The position numbers were made by a program, and so were the translations under genes. A stretch of 64,000 bases of DNA, taken from an uncultured Chloroflexia bacterium (GTDB lineage Bacteria; Chloroflexota; Limnocylindria; Limnocylindrales; CSP1-4). Location of the stretch: positions 491,262 through 555,261 of the forward strand of contig CAVSMY010000010.1 in the NCBI GenBank assembly GCA_963729175.1, given 5' to 3'. Of this stretch, positions 62,218-64,000 are shown piece after piece. Position 1 is the stretch's first letter. Every line of letters begins with the position of its first letter. Under the pieces are notes generated by a model. That model was not told the origin of the DNA, made no database searches, and was given only the letters and a program-made list of their open reading frames with translations.

Positions 62218-64000
<1,783 letters not shown>

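Overview
High-GC chromosomal segment, probably from a Chloroflexota-like bacterium (inferred from gene content and order only). It has no rRNA, tRNA, CRISPR array or transposase that I can support. The backbone is a housekeeping order, mostly on the minus strand: eno ... rpsT(+)/lepA-hemW-hrcA-grpE-dnaK ... dnaJ-prmA-HIT-rpsU-yqeY-7TM-HD-ybeY ... pth-mfd ... apt-mtnA-GNAT-ahcY. It is interrupted by accessory genes: LLM/F420 oxidoreductases, two membrane-anchored class III nucleotide cyclases, a P1B-5 ATPase-hemerythrin, two ABC systems, an ATP-grasp/C45 pair, a PPOX-MenA fusion and an XRE-HTH/PD-(D/E)XK nuclease with an upstream repeat array. Main observation: at six same-strand gene junctions the spacer is tiled by 4-13 residue minigenes chained by stop/start overlaps (RTGA, TGATG). 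They form an apparent termination-reinitiation relay from the upstream stop to the downstream start, and in two cases were built by tandem duplication of 3n+2 units. Many first genes look leaderless (TANNNT 6-10 nt before the start). Also notable: a helically phased TTGCA-N5-TGCAA array, a bS20 with a long histone-like tail and an HxGY-repeat membrane protein. Five genes carry single-base homopolymer frameshifts, most likely long-read errors.
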